This document shows positions 32,157-42,600 of a DNA stretch of 64,000 nt, one piece after another. Source of the stretch: a virus; IMG/VR virus record IMGVR_UViG_3300045988_098116, positions 1-64,000 of that record. One strand, written 5' to 3'. The notes under the pieces were generated by a model. It was not told the DNA's origin and searched no databases. It was given only the letters and a program-made list of their open reading frames with translations. Position numbers and translations under genes: made by a program. Numbering within the stretch: position 1 is the first letter of the stretch; each line of letters starts with the position of its first letter.

Positions 32157-32963
32157 TTACGCTTCCTTGTGCAGGCGGATGCACACGATGCCCGAGCCGC
32201 CGGCAGCACCTTTTGAGCGCCCTTGGGGCGAATCAGAAGCAGTACCGCCCCCTCCACCAGAGCCCGTATTTTCCTGACCAGAGGTTGCCTCTCCAGCGAT
32301 ACTTCCACCATTTCCTCCCCCGCCTTCGCCCCCAACACCTGCGGTACCTTGGCCGTTCCTATCGTACGTAGAGCCACCGCCACCTCCGCCGGCATAAAGC
32401 TTACCGGTAGTCTCGCCAAACTCTCGTGTAGTAGTGCCTTGTCCAGAACCGCCTGTGGAATAATTGTTATATGTGTTTCCTCCGCTGGAGCCGTCGGAGC
32501 CACCATTAGCTGCATTTTTTGTAGCCGTCGTGTTAGTTGTTCCACCAGCTCCTCCACCAGAGCCACCAGGGCTGCCAATGTAATATGAACCTGAATTCCT
32601 ACTGCCGCCTTCAACAGAGCTGCCAAAAGCAGACGTAGAGCCTCCGGGGTTTGATGGGTCAGTATAAGAAGCACTTTCTGCACCACCGCTTCCAATGATT
32701 ATTTGATATCCCTGTTTCGCCATTGGGATTATATTGGTTAGCGTTTTTGTAAACCCGCTACTGCCACCAGCTCCACCATTGCCGCCGTTGGACGCTGCTC
32801 TCCCACTGGCCCCTCCCCCAACAAGGAATACATCAATAGGTGTTTCCTTCTTGAACGTAATCACACCACTGGTCAGCAGCTCTACCACACCATCCTCAAG
32901 CCGTTCGTTGTACGTTCCGGTGTACTCAAACTCTAACCGTTTAGCAGTACCCCCCCCCCGCAA
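32157..32963 (-). CDS. glycine-rich tail-distal protein, paralogue 3; its family-type ATG at 32985 is out of frame because of a G10 tract
   Basis: The body aligns with 33268-34389 and 34429-35271 (LEFEYTG..., ...GGSGIVCIRLHKEA). The track start is TTG. The upstream ATG encodes MIIGKALIAGGG and then hits a stop. Confidence 0.7.
   Translation of the reverse strand: MRGGGTAKRLEFEYTGTYNERLEDGVVELLTSGVITFKKETPIDVFLVGGGASGRAASNGGNGGAGGSSGFTKTLTNIIPMAKQGYQIIIGSGGAESASYTDPSNPGGSTSAFGSSVEGGSRNSGSYYIGSPGGSGGGAGGTTNTTATKNAANGGSDGSSGGNTYNNYSTGGSGQGTTTREFGETTGKLYAGGGGGGSTYDRNGQGTAGVGGEGGGGNGGSIAGEATSGQENTGSGGGGGTASDSPQGRSKGAAGGSGIVCIRLHKEA
32950..32959 (-). repeat. Homopolymeric G10 tract (C10 on the plus strand) at the 5' end of paralogue 3
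   Basis: Counted directly. The in-frame paralogue at 35234-35242 has G9. Confidence 0.85.
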
Positions 32964-32987
32964 TTAACGCTTTGCCGATAATCATGC

Positions 32988-33254
32988 TCATCCGATAACC
33001 TCCATATCCGCCTGATAGATGGTTTCCACAGCCTCGCCCAGCTGCTGCGTCAGGCTGTCTATCTCCTTGTTGGCCTCCTCCAGTGCCGTCAGAACCTCTT
33101 TGCCGTCACGGTAGAACTTCCCCTCCGTGTACGTGTCGCCCATGCCCACAGGCCGGTCGCCTGTGTACACCGCCGAGGGAAAGAACTGCTCGTTCCGCTT
33201 GTCCATTTCGATGATGTTCGTAACAACACCGTTTTCCACTAATGCGTATCTCAC
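32988..33254 (-). CDS. hypothetical protein (tail-fibre region)
   Basis: 88-aa ORF between the glycine-rich paralogues. Confidence 0.6.
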   Translation of the reverse strand: MRYALVENGVVTNIIEMDKRNEQFFPSAVYTGDRPVGMGDTYTEGKFYRDGKEVLTALEEANKEIDSLTQQLGEAVETIYQADMEVIG

Positions 33255-33267
33255 TTAATCACGCTCC

Positions 33268-34389
33268 TTAATCCGAAATCTTGGTGGCGTTTGCGGTGAA
33301 CCATGCGTAGAACTCCGGAGAAACTACTTGATAGCGATTCCAGAATTTTATGGTTTTTGCTGTTGATTGCCTCCACATGTTATGTGTAAAGTCATATACC
33401 AGTACATAATTTGTCGACAAATCACCGGAGTTATGCCCAAAGCACAGATCGGTTGTGCCAGAGAATGCTCTTGCGCCCATCACGGCATAAAGGCTGGAAC
33501 CGGCATAGACAAATGTCCCGTCATAATCGAAGTTCTCTGTAAACAAAGCGCTCGGCATGGTAAGTGTGTCATTAAACCTCCACGTTCCACTCAGCACGTT
33601 CTCAGTGGGGTCGTCTTGGTGCAGGCGGATACACACGATACCGCTGCCGCCAGCAGTCCCTTGACCGCCGGTGCCTCCACCACCAGCAAACCCTTTCCCG
33701 CCGCCGCCACCGCCACCGGTATTAGCTGTAGCGTCAGTTGTGGAATTCCCGTTTGCACCGCCCCCTTCACCGCCAGCTCCCGCAGTTCCATAGTTTCCGT
33801 ATATTCCTTGACCGCCGCCACCTCCACCGGCATACAGTTTTCCGGTTGCTTCGCCAAACTCTCTTGTGGTGGCGCCTTGCCCTTTCCCAGGGTTTCCGGT
33901 TGTTGCGCTACCGACATTGCCACCATCAGCTCCGTTTGACCCTCCATCACCAGCGTTTGTTTGCCCGCTTGCAGAAACGCCGCCTTTACCGCCGCCAGAG
34001 CCGCCGTTAGCAACAGTTCCACCTGTAACTGTGTAACCAAAAGCCGAAGTCTCCCCGCCGGAGTTGCCACCACCGGTGCCGCCCGCGCCAATAACAACTT
34101 GGTATGCCACCCCTTTTCGCAACAAAGCGTTTACAATAGTTCTTGTGCATCCACCGCTACCTCCGGCTCCGCCGTTGCTGGATGTTCCAATAGACACACC
34201 ACCGGCACCACCGCCAACCATGAATACATCCACATACGTATCCTTTTTCATCGTAAGGATACCGGTTTCCAAAAACTCCACTACACCGTCTGCGGTACGC
34301 TCATTGAATGTACCGCCCGTGTAGGTGAAATCCAGCCGATTGGCAATTCCGCCGCCCCCTGCTGTCACCGCTCTGCCTGTAATTGCCAT
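33268..34389 (-). CDS. glycine-rich tail-distal protein, paralogue 2 (with extra C-terminal domain)
   Basis: MAITGRAVTAGGGGIANRLDFTYTG..., repeated GGxGG blocks, ...GGSGIVCIRLH, then a 110-aa non-Gly domain. Confidence 0.75.
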   Translation of the reverse strand: MAITGRAVTAGGGGIANRLDFTYTGGTFNERTADGVVEFLETGILTMKKDTYVDVFMVGGGAGGVSIGTSSNGGAGGSGGCTRTIVNALLRKGVAYQVVIGAGGTGGGNSGGETSAFGYTVTGGTVANGGSGGGKGGVSASGQTNAGDGGSNGADGGNVGSATTGNPGKGQGATTREFGEATGKLYAGGGGGGQGIYGNYGTAGAGGEGGGANGNSTTDATANTGGGGGGGKGFAGGGGTGGQGTAGGSGIVCIRLHQDDPTENVLSGTWRFNDTLTMPSALFTENFDYDGTFVYAGSSLYAVMGARAFSGTTDLCFGHNSGDLSTNYVLVYDFTHNMWRQSTAKTIKFWNRYQVVSPEFYAWFTANATKISD

Positions 34390-34428
34390 ATAAACCTCCG
34401 TTCCCGACCTCCGAAACGGAGGCCGTGT

Positions 34429-35271
34429 TTATTCTTTGTGTACGCGCATACAGATGATGCCCGAGCCGCCGCTTCCGCCCGAGGTACTGTCGCTGGGAGA
34501 ATAGGCGTAATTAAAACCACCGCCTCCGCCTCCACCAGTATTAGGAGTTCCGTCCCCAGCAGAACCACGGAATTTTGCACCATTGCCACCGCCGCCTGCG
34601 CCACCGGCTCCGGAGTCTGCATTATATCCGTCGTCGTATGTAGCGCCACCGCCGCCGCCGCCGGAATACAATTTCCCGGTAGTCTCGCCAAACTCCCTTG
34701 TAGTTGTGCTCTGTCCGGTTCCGCCTGCGCCACCGCCATTGGCACCGGAAGCACCATCAGAACCACCGCCCCCGCCAGGTGCACGACTGGCACTATTCGC
34801 ATAGCTGCCTCCACCACCGCCAGAGCCGCCGTTGCCACCTTCCCTGGTACTGGTTGATGCGTGTTTTCCACCCTCCGATGCTGTAAAAAACCCATCGGAT
34901 CCAGTGATAGATGTTGTCCCTCCGTCTGTGGGGCTCGCTCCAGTTTTTGTCGACCCCCCTGTGCCACCAGCCCCAATAACTATGTTATAAGTGCCTTTTC
35001 GAAGTAGGGTATTCAAAACCGTCTTTGTGTAGCCTCCACCACCCCCACCGTTACATAAAGCTGATAGTTGGCCGTTTTGTGCGCCTCCACCGCCGCCGCC
35101 CACAAGAAACAGGTCCGTGTACACGTCCTTCTTGATGGTCAGCACGCCGGTAGACAAAAACTCCACAACGTTGTCCTCTGCGCGGCGGATGTACTGCCCG
35201 GAATACTCGAAATCAATATCCGGTGCTACACCACCCCCCCCCGCAATTTGCGATTTACCGATAATAACCAT
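34429..35271 (-). CDS. glycine-rich tail-distal protein, paralogue 1
   Basis: MVIIGKSQIAGGGGVAPDIDFEYSG... ...GGSGGSGIICMRVHKE. Confidence 0.75.
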   Translation of the reverse strand: MVIIGKSQIAGGGGVAPDIDFEYSGQYIRRAEDNVVEFLSTGVLTIKKDVYTDLFLVGGGGGGAQNGQLSALCNGGGGGGYTKTVLNTLLRKGTYNIVIGAGGTGGSTKTGASPTDGGTTSITGSDGFFTASEGGKHASTSTREGGNGGSGGGGGSYANSASRAPGGGGGSDGASGANGGGAGGTGQSTTTREFGETTGKLYSGGGGGGATYDDGYNADSGAGGAGGGGNGAKFRGSAGDGTPNTGGGGGGGFNYAYSPSDSTSGGSGGSGIICMRVHKE

Positions 35272-35273
35272 CG

Positions 35274-35672
35274 TTAGCTTACCTCCTTTACTTCGTACAC
35301 CGTCACCTGAACGATCAGGTCAGCGGTGGGTTTCTCGCCCACAGCCACGGCGGTGAACGTCCCGTTCTCGTTCTTGATGTAGATGGCGTTGGTGCTGTCG
35401 TCCAACATCTGCTGGATGACCGTATCATCCGCTTGGATGTCCACCTGTGTGGTGGCCGTGCCGCCTGTGATGCTTACCCCCTGGCTGTACGGGCTTGCGC
35501 TGCCTGTCCAGCCCGCCGCCGTCAGCGTCAGCGTCAGCTTGTCTATCTGCTCCTGCTTGTCCGGCACAGCGCCGCTCAGTTCCTCCACCTCGTTGCACAG
35601 CGCGTTCAGGTTCTCCGCGTTCAGTGCAGGCGGCGCACCGTTGTTCCATCCGGGGTTCTTGTAACCTGCCAT
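35274..35672 (-). CDS. tail-fibre-associated hypothetical protein
   Basis: 132-aa ORF. Position between the baseplate and glycine-rich genes. Confidence 0.6.
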   Translation of the reverse strand: MAGYKNPGWNNGAPPALNAENLNALCNEVEELSGAVPDKQEQIDKLTLTLTAAGWTGSASPYSQGVSITGGTATTQVDIQADDTVIQQMLDDSTNAIYIKNENGTFTAVAVGEKPTADLIVQVTVYEVKEVS

Positions 35673-35696
35673 ATCGTCCCTCGCTCCTTTCGTCCG

Positions 35697-37775
35697 TCAA
35701 TTTTTTGCTACGGTCCACAGGGCGTCGCCCTGCCGTATCAGTATCTGTGCGCCCTCCGCGCTCCCGGTCTCAGCCCACGGCACCGCGCAGATCAGCGCCT
35801 GCTGCCGCGTGTTGTCCTGCGTCTCGCAGGTGATCTCCGCGTTGACAAATACCCGCAGCACCTCGCCCTTTCGGTTTTTCAGGAATAAGGTGTTCTGCGT
35901 CAGCGCCAAAGCAAACAGCGCGTCCCGCTTCGCCAGCGTGTCGCTGTACTCCGCATTGGCGCCCACCTCGCCGATATAGCCGCTCAGCTCGCCGCTTTGG
36001 TACAGCTGCGGTACCATCTGTACCGTGGGGTATCGGGTGAAGTTTTCCAGCAGCGTCGGTCGGTTGTTGTTGCTCACCGTCCCGCTCTCCACGTTCAGGC
36101 TGAACCGGAATAGCTCCTCCACCCGGTATACGTTGTCGCCGTCCTCCGCGCAGGAGAGTATCGTCCAGTCCCACAAGCACACCGTCACCGGCTGGCTGGG
36201 CAGCGCCGTGGTCACAAAGGATCTCTCCCCCACGCCGAATACGTAGTAGGTGTACGTTCCCTGCGAGGCCGCCGCGCAGTCGATCACGCTGCGCTCCGCG
36301 TACCCTACGTCCGCCACGTGCACCAGCGACGCTGCGCCCTCCTCTCTGCGGTATACGGCCCAGCCCGTCAGCGGCTCCTCCGCCACGATGTTGCCGCCCC
36401 GCAGGTCTGTGGCGAAGTCCGCCAGCAGCAGCGTCCTGCCGCCGAACTCCGGTGTGTACCCCGCTGCGCTCATCAGTGCCGTCACCACCGTGTCCGTCAA
36501 CTCGCCCTCCTCTATCCACAGGTAGTCGCACACCTGTGCGCCAACCAGCTTCACGTTCACCACGGTCATGTCCGCCATCACCGCGTCAGCCATGTATTTC
36601 AGCACCGAGAATTGGCTGGCCCGGGGGAATAACCGCACCGACGGTTCCAGACTCTCCGCCGGGAATAGTCCACGCTCATACCGCCGCCGCACATACAGTT
36701 TTCCGCCCGTCAGCGCCACCGTCAGCTCGTCCTCCGGGGCAAAGGCAGCGTCCACCCGGCCTATCTCCGCGCCGCCCTGCATAGCCCGCACCGCCGTTGT
36801 GCTCACCGTCACCGTCAGCGACTTTCCGTCCGCGCCGGTCAGGTTGAATAGCGTCGCCGGCAGCGCCTTGACCGTTCCCTTCCATACGATGCTTATGGGC
36901 GTCGTCAGCGCCATCGCTTCGCCCGTCACCGTGTCCCATGTCACCGTGGATCCGGTGCTCAGGTTCAGCTCCCCGTTTCGGATGGTGTATTCGCCCTCCG
37001 CCGTGCCCGGTATGTCGTAGGCGCCCGGCCACGACACCAGCACGCCGCTTTGCTTCCGCTTTACGCACGTCACCACCGCGCCGGTATAATTGCTGGCGCT
37101 GTATTGCACCGCGAACTGTACCCAGCCCGTGTCTGCCACCACGCCGTTGCTGGTCTCCACCCGGCACCGCACGGCGTATTCCTGCCCGGTGAATAAGCCG
37201 TCGTAGTAAAACGCCAGCTGTGCCGTCGCCACGTTGCCCGTGTCGTACAGCACGTCCTCCGTGTCCATTGCCGGTGCAATCTGCCACCGCGCCCAAATAA
37301 TGGGGTCGCCCTGCGCCTGCGAATAGCTGGCCGTCCACGTCATCTCCTTCGCCGCCACCGGCTTCGTAAAGTCGTTGATGGTCAGCACCGGTGCGCTCCG
37401 GCACACGAATACCGATGCGCTCTGCTGCGTCACGCTGTCCGCGTCTGTCCACCACTGGGTGATGAGCAGCTTGTAGCTGTTTCCGTTGGTGATTCCCGCC
37501 GCAGCCAGCGCCGCCGCCGTGATCGTGTAGCTGAAAAACACCACATCGCCCTTGGCGTTTCGCCCGTAAAAGGGGCAGTTGTCCGTCCGTTTTCCCGAGT
37601 CGTACAGCTGTGCGCTCTCCGCCGTGTTGGCCAGAATTTTTATCTCAAACGCCGTCATGGCGTTCTGTCCGTCCACCTGCCAGGTCACGGTCATGTTTTG
37701 GCTTGCATCCACCGTCCCGTTGCCCAGCGCTCCCAGCGTGGAGGGCGTGATATTTGTAGGCATAAAAAGTGCCAT
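35697..37775 (-). CDS. large tail/baseplate structural protein (692 aa)
   Basis: Size and synteny downstream of the tape measure. Beta-rich composition. Confidence 0.65.
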   Translation of the reverse strand: MALFMPTNITPSTLGALGNGTVDASQNMTVTWQVDGQNAMTAFEIKILANTAESAQLYDSGKRTDNCPFYGRNAKGDVVFFSYTITAAALAAAGITNGNSYKLLITQWWTDADSVTQQSASVFVCRSAPVLTINDFTKPVAAKEMTWTASYSQAQGDPIIWARWQIAPAMDTEDVLYDTGNVATAQLAFYYDGLFTGQEYAVRCRVETSNGVVADTGWVQFAVQYSASNYTGAVVTCVKRKQSGVLVSWPGAYDIPGTAEGEYTIRNGELNLSTGSTVTWDTVTGEAMALTTPISIVWKGTVKALPATLFNLTGADGKSLTVTVSTTAVRAMQGGAEIGRVDAAFAPEDELTVALTGGKLYVRRRYERGLFPAESLEPSVRLFPRASQFSVLKYMADAVMADMTVVNVKLVGAQVCDYLWIEEGELTDTVVTALMSAAGYTPEFGGRTLLLADFATDLRGGNIVAEEPLTGWAVYRREEGAASLVHVADVGYAERSVIDCAAASQGTYTYYVFGVGERSFVTTALPSQPVTVCLWDWTILSCAEDGDNVYRVEELFRFSLNVESGTVSNNNRPTLLENFTRYPTVQMVPQLYQSGELSGYIGEVGANAEYSDTLAKRDALFALALTQNTLFLKNRKGEVLRVFVNAEITCETQDNTRQQALICAVPWAETGSAEGAQILIRQGDALWTVAKN

Positions 37776-37796
37776 ATCGTCCTTCCCTCCTTCCGT

Positions 37797-39071
37797 TTAT
37801 GTCTTTGTCTCCGTTTTCAGCGGCCACACCGTCACCGTCGCCACCGGGAAGTCCGCCACGCTGGTGGCGGATATGGTCATTTGCCCCTCTCCTGTCAGCG
37901 GGCGGGAAAAGCCGGTGATGAGATGCCGCTCCGTGGGGCTCCCCTGCTTGTCCCGGCGCACCAGCGTCACAAGCTCGTTCTCCTTAATGTGAAAGATCTG
38001 CCCGCAGCTGATGTCCACGCTCTTCTGCAGCACCGTGGACCGCTTTAGCTCCCACTCTGCCCTGTCCCGGCACATGGTCTCCGTTGCGTAGCCGCTCTCC
38101 TCCGCCCACACCGTCTTGCGGCCTATCAGCTGCACGTTGGTATCGCTCATGGGGTCGTTGTTGGTGGCTCTCGCCCCCGGCTGGCTGTTGTCGTCCAGCG
38201 CCGCCCCCAGCACGATGTAGTCGTTGTACACCTCGGTGTTTTGCGCCGTGTATGTCATGCCCAGCAGCGTCGCCTCCCCCATCGAGAAGGCGTAGCTGAC
38301 GGGCTTTTCACTGTCCAGCAGGTCGTCCTGGCTGGGGTCTATCCGCAGCCGTCCCGTGGCGTCGTAGCCGATCCATGCGTTCAGCATCTCCGCAAAGCCC
38401 AGTATCACCTCCGCGTATGTGCCGCTTCCCGGATCCACCTCCAGCGTGTACGGCGCGTCCACCAGGTTTACTTCCGTGCCGTCCGTCAGCTTCTGCTTCT
38501 TGCCGTTGTAATACTCCGTGTACACCGGGGGGATGGGGTCCACCTTCCGCCCGTTTCCCTTGTCGTCCTGCAGCAGGGCGTTGATCTGCTGAAAGATGTT
38601 CACGTTCAGCTTTCCCTTATAGGTGCCCTCCAGCTTGCCCCACAGCGTCCCGTCCAGATTGGCCCACTTGTCCACCAGCTCGTACTGCATCAGCCGCCGT
38701 CCCGGCTCCACCGTTTCCTGCGGACTCTGTATCAGGAAAACGCCCTGCTGTATGTAGTAGTCCTCGCCGTTTGGCAGCACCAGCCCCTCGTCCAGCGCGA
38801 TCTCCTGCCCGAACCACAGGTGGTTTACGTTGTAGTCGAACGCGCCGTCCACGTTCCCCAGCATCACACTGGCCGTTCGCCTTACCCCGTTTTGCAAATT
38901 CACCGTCAGCGCCCCGTCCGCAACAAAGGCGCCGCTGTGCTTATTTCGCGGGTTATTGTCCACGAAGAACGCCGTGCTCCCGTCCGGGTTCAGAAAGCGC
39001 AGCCGGCACAGCTTCTGAAACCGGCCCTTCAGCGCTCTCAGGTACGCCAGATATTTCTCCTGCTCCGTCAT
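37797..39071 (-). CDS. tail/baseplate structural protein (424 aa)
   Basis: Synteny downstream of the tape measure. Confidence 0.65.
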   Translation of the reverse strand: MTEQEKYLAYLRALKGRFQKLCRLRFLNPDGSTAFFVDNNPRNKHSGAFVADGALTVNLQNGVRRTASVMLGNVDGAFDYNVNHLWFGQEIALDEGLVLPNGEDYYIQQGVFLIQSPQETVEPGRRLMQYELVDKWANLDGTLWGKLEGTYKGKLNVNIFQQINALLQDDKGNGRKVDPIPPVYTEYYNGKKQKLTDGTEVNLVDAPYTLEVDPGSGTYAEVILGFAEMLNAWIGYDATGRLRIDPSQDDLLDSEKPVSYAFSMGEATLLGMTYTAQNTEVYNDYIVLGAALDDNSQPGARATNNDPMSDTNVQLIGRKTVWAEESGYATETMCRDRAEWELKRSTVLQKSVDISCGQIFHIKENELVTLVRRDKQGSPTERHLITGFSRPLTGEGQMTISATSVADFPVATVTVWPLKTETKT

Positions 39072-39087
39072 GGCACGTGCCCTCCGT

Positions 39088-39291
39088 TCAGCTGCGCTTA
39101 CGCTTCTTCCTGTCCTCCGCCGCCGTCAGCGCGTCGCACTCCTCGTCCGTGGCCGCCCTGATCTTCCGTATATCCGGGTTTCCCTTGCGGTACTGGCTTT
39201 CACGGGTGATGTAGTACCGTCCCGTGATGCCCGTTATCGGTATTTCTCTGCCGCTTTTCATCACCAGGATGTGCCGTGTCTTTTTCGCCAT
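39088..39291 (-). CDS. small hypothetical protein
   Basis: ATG at 39291 (MAKKTRHIL) with GAAAGGA RBS. The track start at 39312 is GTG. Confidence 0.5.
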   Translation of the reverse strand: MAKKTRHILVMKSGREIPITGITGRYYITRESQYRKGNPDIRKIRAATDEECDALTAAEDRKKRKRS

Positions 39292-39308
39292 AGTCCAGCC
39301 GTCCTTTC

Positions 39309-39614
39309 TCACATATTCCGTCCGTCCGCATACATGAAAACCATGTGGTTCCCTGCGTTCTTCCCCTCGCCGAATACCAGCACCACCACCTGCGCCCCCA
39401 CCGGGGCCGCCGCCATCGTGCTCACATAGGGGAGAAAGCTCTCCGTTTCGTCAAAGGGGCGTTTTACGCCGATTTTCCCGTCTGCCGCCGCGGTCGTCAC
39501 CTGCGCCCGGTACTGCCGTACCATATCCGTCTGCGTCTCCCGTACCCGCCGCACATAAAAGTTGTCCCACAACCGCTTTGCCAGCTCCGCCAGCGTCTTT
39601 GCGTTCTCGTCCAT
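39309..39614 (-). CDS. hypothetical tail protein
   Basis: 101-aa ORF immediately after the tape measure. Confidence 0.6.
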   Translation of the reverse strand: MDENAKTLAELAKRLWDNFYVRRVRETQTDMVRQYRAQVTTAAADGKIGVKRPFDETESFLPYVSTMAAAPVGAQVVVLVFGEGKNAGNHMVFMYADGRNM

Positions 39615-39618
39615 GCTT

Positions 39619-42600
39619 TTATCCTCCGTAGGGCTTCACGTTGTGCGCCATCCGGCACATCTGCGCCACCGTCAGGTGCTCCGCCTGCTGCTCCGTCAGC
39701 GTGATGCCCTTCACGTTGTAGGTGGGCCCGCTGTGGTCGCTGTAGCTGCGGTTATCGCTGTCCCCCGCCACGCTGCGGCTCACCGGCGTTTCGCCGTACA
39801 ATCCGCCCAGCTCGTTCACCCTGGCCCTGAACCGCGCATCCGCCGACGGCTTCAGCATCTTCGCCGTCACGTCGGGCGGCAGCACCATCTCGTCGTCCAC
39901 CGTGGCCTTTATGCCGCCCAGCCCGTGCAGCACACCGCCGCTGTCGTACTTTTTCTTCCGTCCCCCGCTGACGGCGCCGATAATGCTTCCTGACACGACG
40001 CTGGATTTGCCTACCGATCCGCCTATCGCCCCGGCGATCACTCCCGACAGGGCGCTGTCCGCCGCTGGGGATTTCTCACTTCCGCCGCCCAACGCTCCTG
40101 CCGCAGCGCCGCCCACGGCACCCGCAGCGGCTGCCGCCCGCGCTGCCGCGATTTTGGCCGCCGCCTTCTCATTGGCCGCTACTTCGTCCTCCAGTATTAT
40201 TTTTTCCTGCTCAACCGTCTCTCTCAGCGCGTTGATGTATTCCTCCAGCGCGTCAATTTTCAGCTGGTACGCCGCCTCGATGGCCTTCTTCCTCGCCTCC
40301 AGCTCCTCAATGGCGAGGTCCAGTTCCATCTCCCTCTCATAGTCCCGCAGGTCCTTCTTCGCGTCCGCAAGGTCCTCCTCGGCCTGCTTCACCTTCTCCG
40401 GGTCCGCGATCCACTCCCACTGCCCGGACTCGGCGTTGTACATCCGCACCGTGCGCTCGTTCCGGGCGTTCAGCAGCGCGTCCTGCTTCCGCATGACCTC
40501 CAGCCGCAGCTCCTCCAGCTTCTCGGCCCGGTCTATCTCCTCGTTCTGCTTCTTCAAGGCATTGATTTGCGCGTCTATGGCCGCCAGCTCCGCGTCCCGC
40601 TGCTTTTCCAGCGCGTCGATCTCGTCCTGATACTTCTTTTTCGCCGCGCTGCTGCCGGAGGACCCGCCGCCGTAGCCACCACCGCCAGACGTCACTTTGC
40701 TCGTCGTATTGCCAATAGACCAAGACAAATACCGTTGCATCTCAGACAGGTACTTGGCCTCAGCTTGCTTGCGGCCCATTCCCTGCTGCATATACGCCTG
40801 AATCGTGCGTTCACGATTTCGCACTTGGTCGGCAGAACTCATGTTCGTGCCAAACACGGCATTCATCTGGGCGGCGGTAAGCCCCGCTTGATAACCAAGG
40901 GCTTGCAGGGCGGCAATCTGCTGACTGAAATTTAGGTTTGTCTTGCTTGCCGTGATCTGTGCCGCCACCAGGTCGTACAGCGCTTTACCCGTATACCCTG
41001 CCTGCTGTGCCTCGGCCAGCAGTCCATTTACCACCCTTTGCGATTCGGCTTGCTGCCTGACCTCGGCCGACATCAAATTCTCAAGAGCCGTCTTTTGGAT
41101 AATGTACCCATCAGCCGTCTGTGTCGCCGCAGACGCCAGTTGCGGGTATAGGCTGATTAGCCGCTGATACTCGCTTTCTGTAAGCGCGGTAGATTGCGCC
41201 ACCTTGTTGTATGCCTCAACAAGCAGCTCTTGGCCATTGACCGCACGGTCAAACGCCTGTTGCAGTTCCTCATAGGCCGCAATCATATTTTTCTGCTCGT
41301 CGGTCAGCGATTCGCCATTCGCCTCGAGTACGCGCAGCCATTCGACCTGTGTGGCAATTTCGGCGTTCATGCTGTCAAAATGCGCACGTTGCTCGTCGGC
41401 TATTTCACCTGTTTTATCAAGCTGATTGGCAAACGCCTTCAACTGCTCTGTCGCAACCTTATACGCATTTTCGCCAGACCGCGTAATCTCGGTGGTTACA
41501 GTGACCGGAGTTACTGTGCCAACAAATTCTTCCTCTGTCTTATATTCGCCAGTATGGAATATGAAGTTGTCGCCCGTTTCCTTGTCGGCCTTTTTCTTGC
41601 GCTCCTCATCAAGCAAATCAAGTTGCTTTTCAAGCTCCTCATTTTCTTTTTCAAGAGCGGCCTTTTCATTTAAGATTTCGCTTGTCCGCTCGTTCCACGG
41701 CATTGCGTTGATTTCTTCCAGCCGAGTCTTGTTGGTTTGAAGCTTGTCGTTGGCATCCGCGATCTCTGCATCAAAATCGGCGATAGACTTTTGCGACGCC
41801 TTCACAACTTCCAGCACAACCCCTATTGCCGCGCCCGCGGCCATAATGCCCAGCACCCACGGGTTCAGCGATCCCAAGCTAAGTGCCGTCGCCGCTTTTT
41901 TTATGGCGTTGATCGCCGCAACGACACCTACCAGTGCTGCAGACACAGCACCCGCCGTCACCACAGCACGCCCGAAGTCCGTGTCCAGCATCTCCACCAG
42001 CCCGATCACGCCGTCCAGCGCACCCTTTATGGTGTCCGTCTCCACCAGGTGGCTCACAAACTCCGTCCAGCTTGCGGTGAGCTGCTTGCTCTTGGCCTCC
42101 CAGCTGTCCAAATAGATCTCGTTTTCTCTCAACGCAGAACCCGCGCCGTCGGCGTAGTCCTGCATCATTTTTTCAACAGTGTCCCAGTTGCCCATCAGGG
42201 CGGTCAGGATGTTGGCCTGTCGCTTTCCAGCCAGCGCCTCGGCTATCGCCGACTGCGCCACCGTGTCCAGCGTGTCCCACTTCCCTGCAAGGTCACTCAA
42301 CACCGCAGAGGACTCGCGGAGCTGCCCGTTCGCCATCGTGCTGATACCGGCGTACTCTCGCAGGGCATTGGACGCCTTTGCGATGCTCTCTCCGTCTATC
42401 AGCTCTCCGTCCTCGGTCTCGCCCTTGATCTGGCGAATGTTCATCACGATGGTACGCAGGCCGCGGGATATCTCCGAGCCGCTGCGCTGCGTGGCCGCAA
42501 CACCTGCGCCCACCAGTGCAGAGAACGTCTGCACGGACTCACCGGCCTCCGCAAACACGCTGCCCGCCACGGTGATACCGCTGGTCAGCGCTTCCATGTC

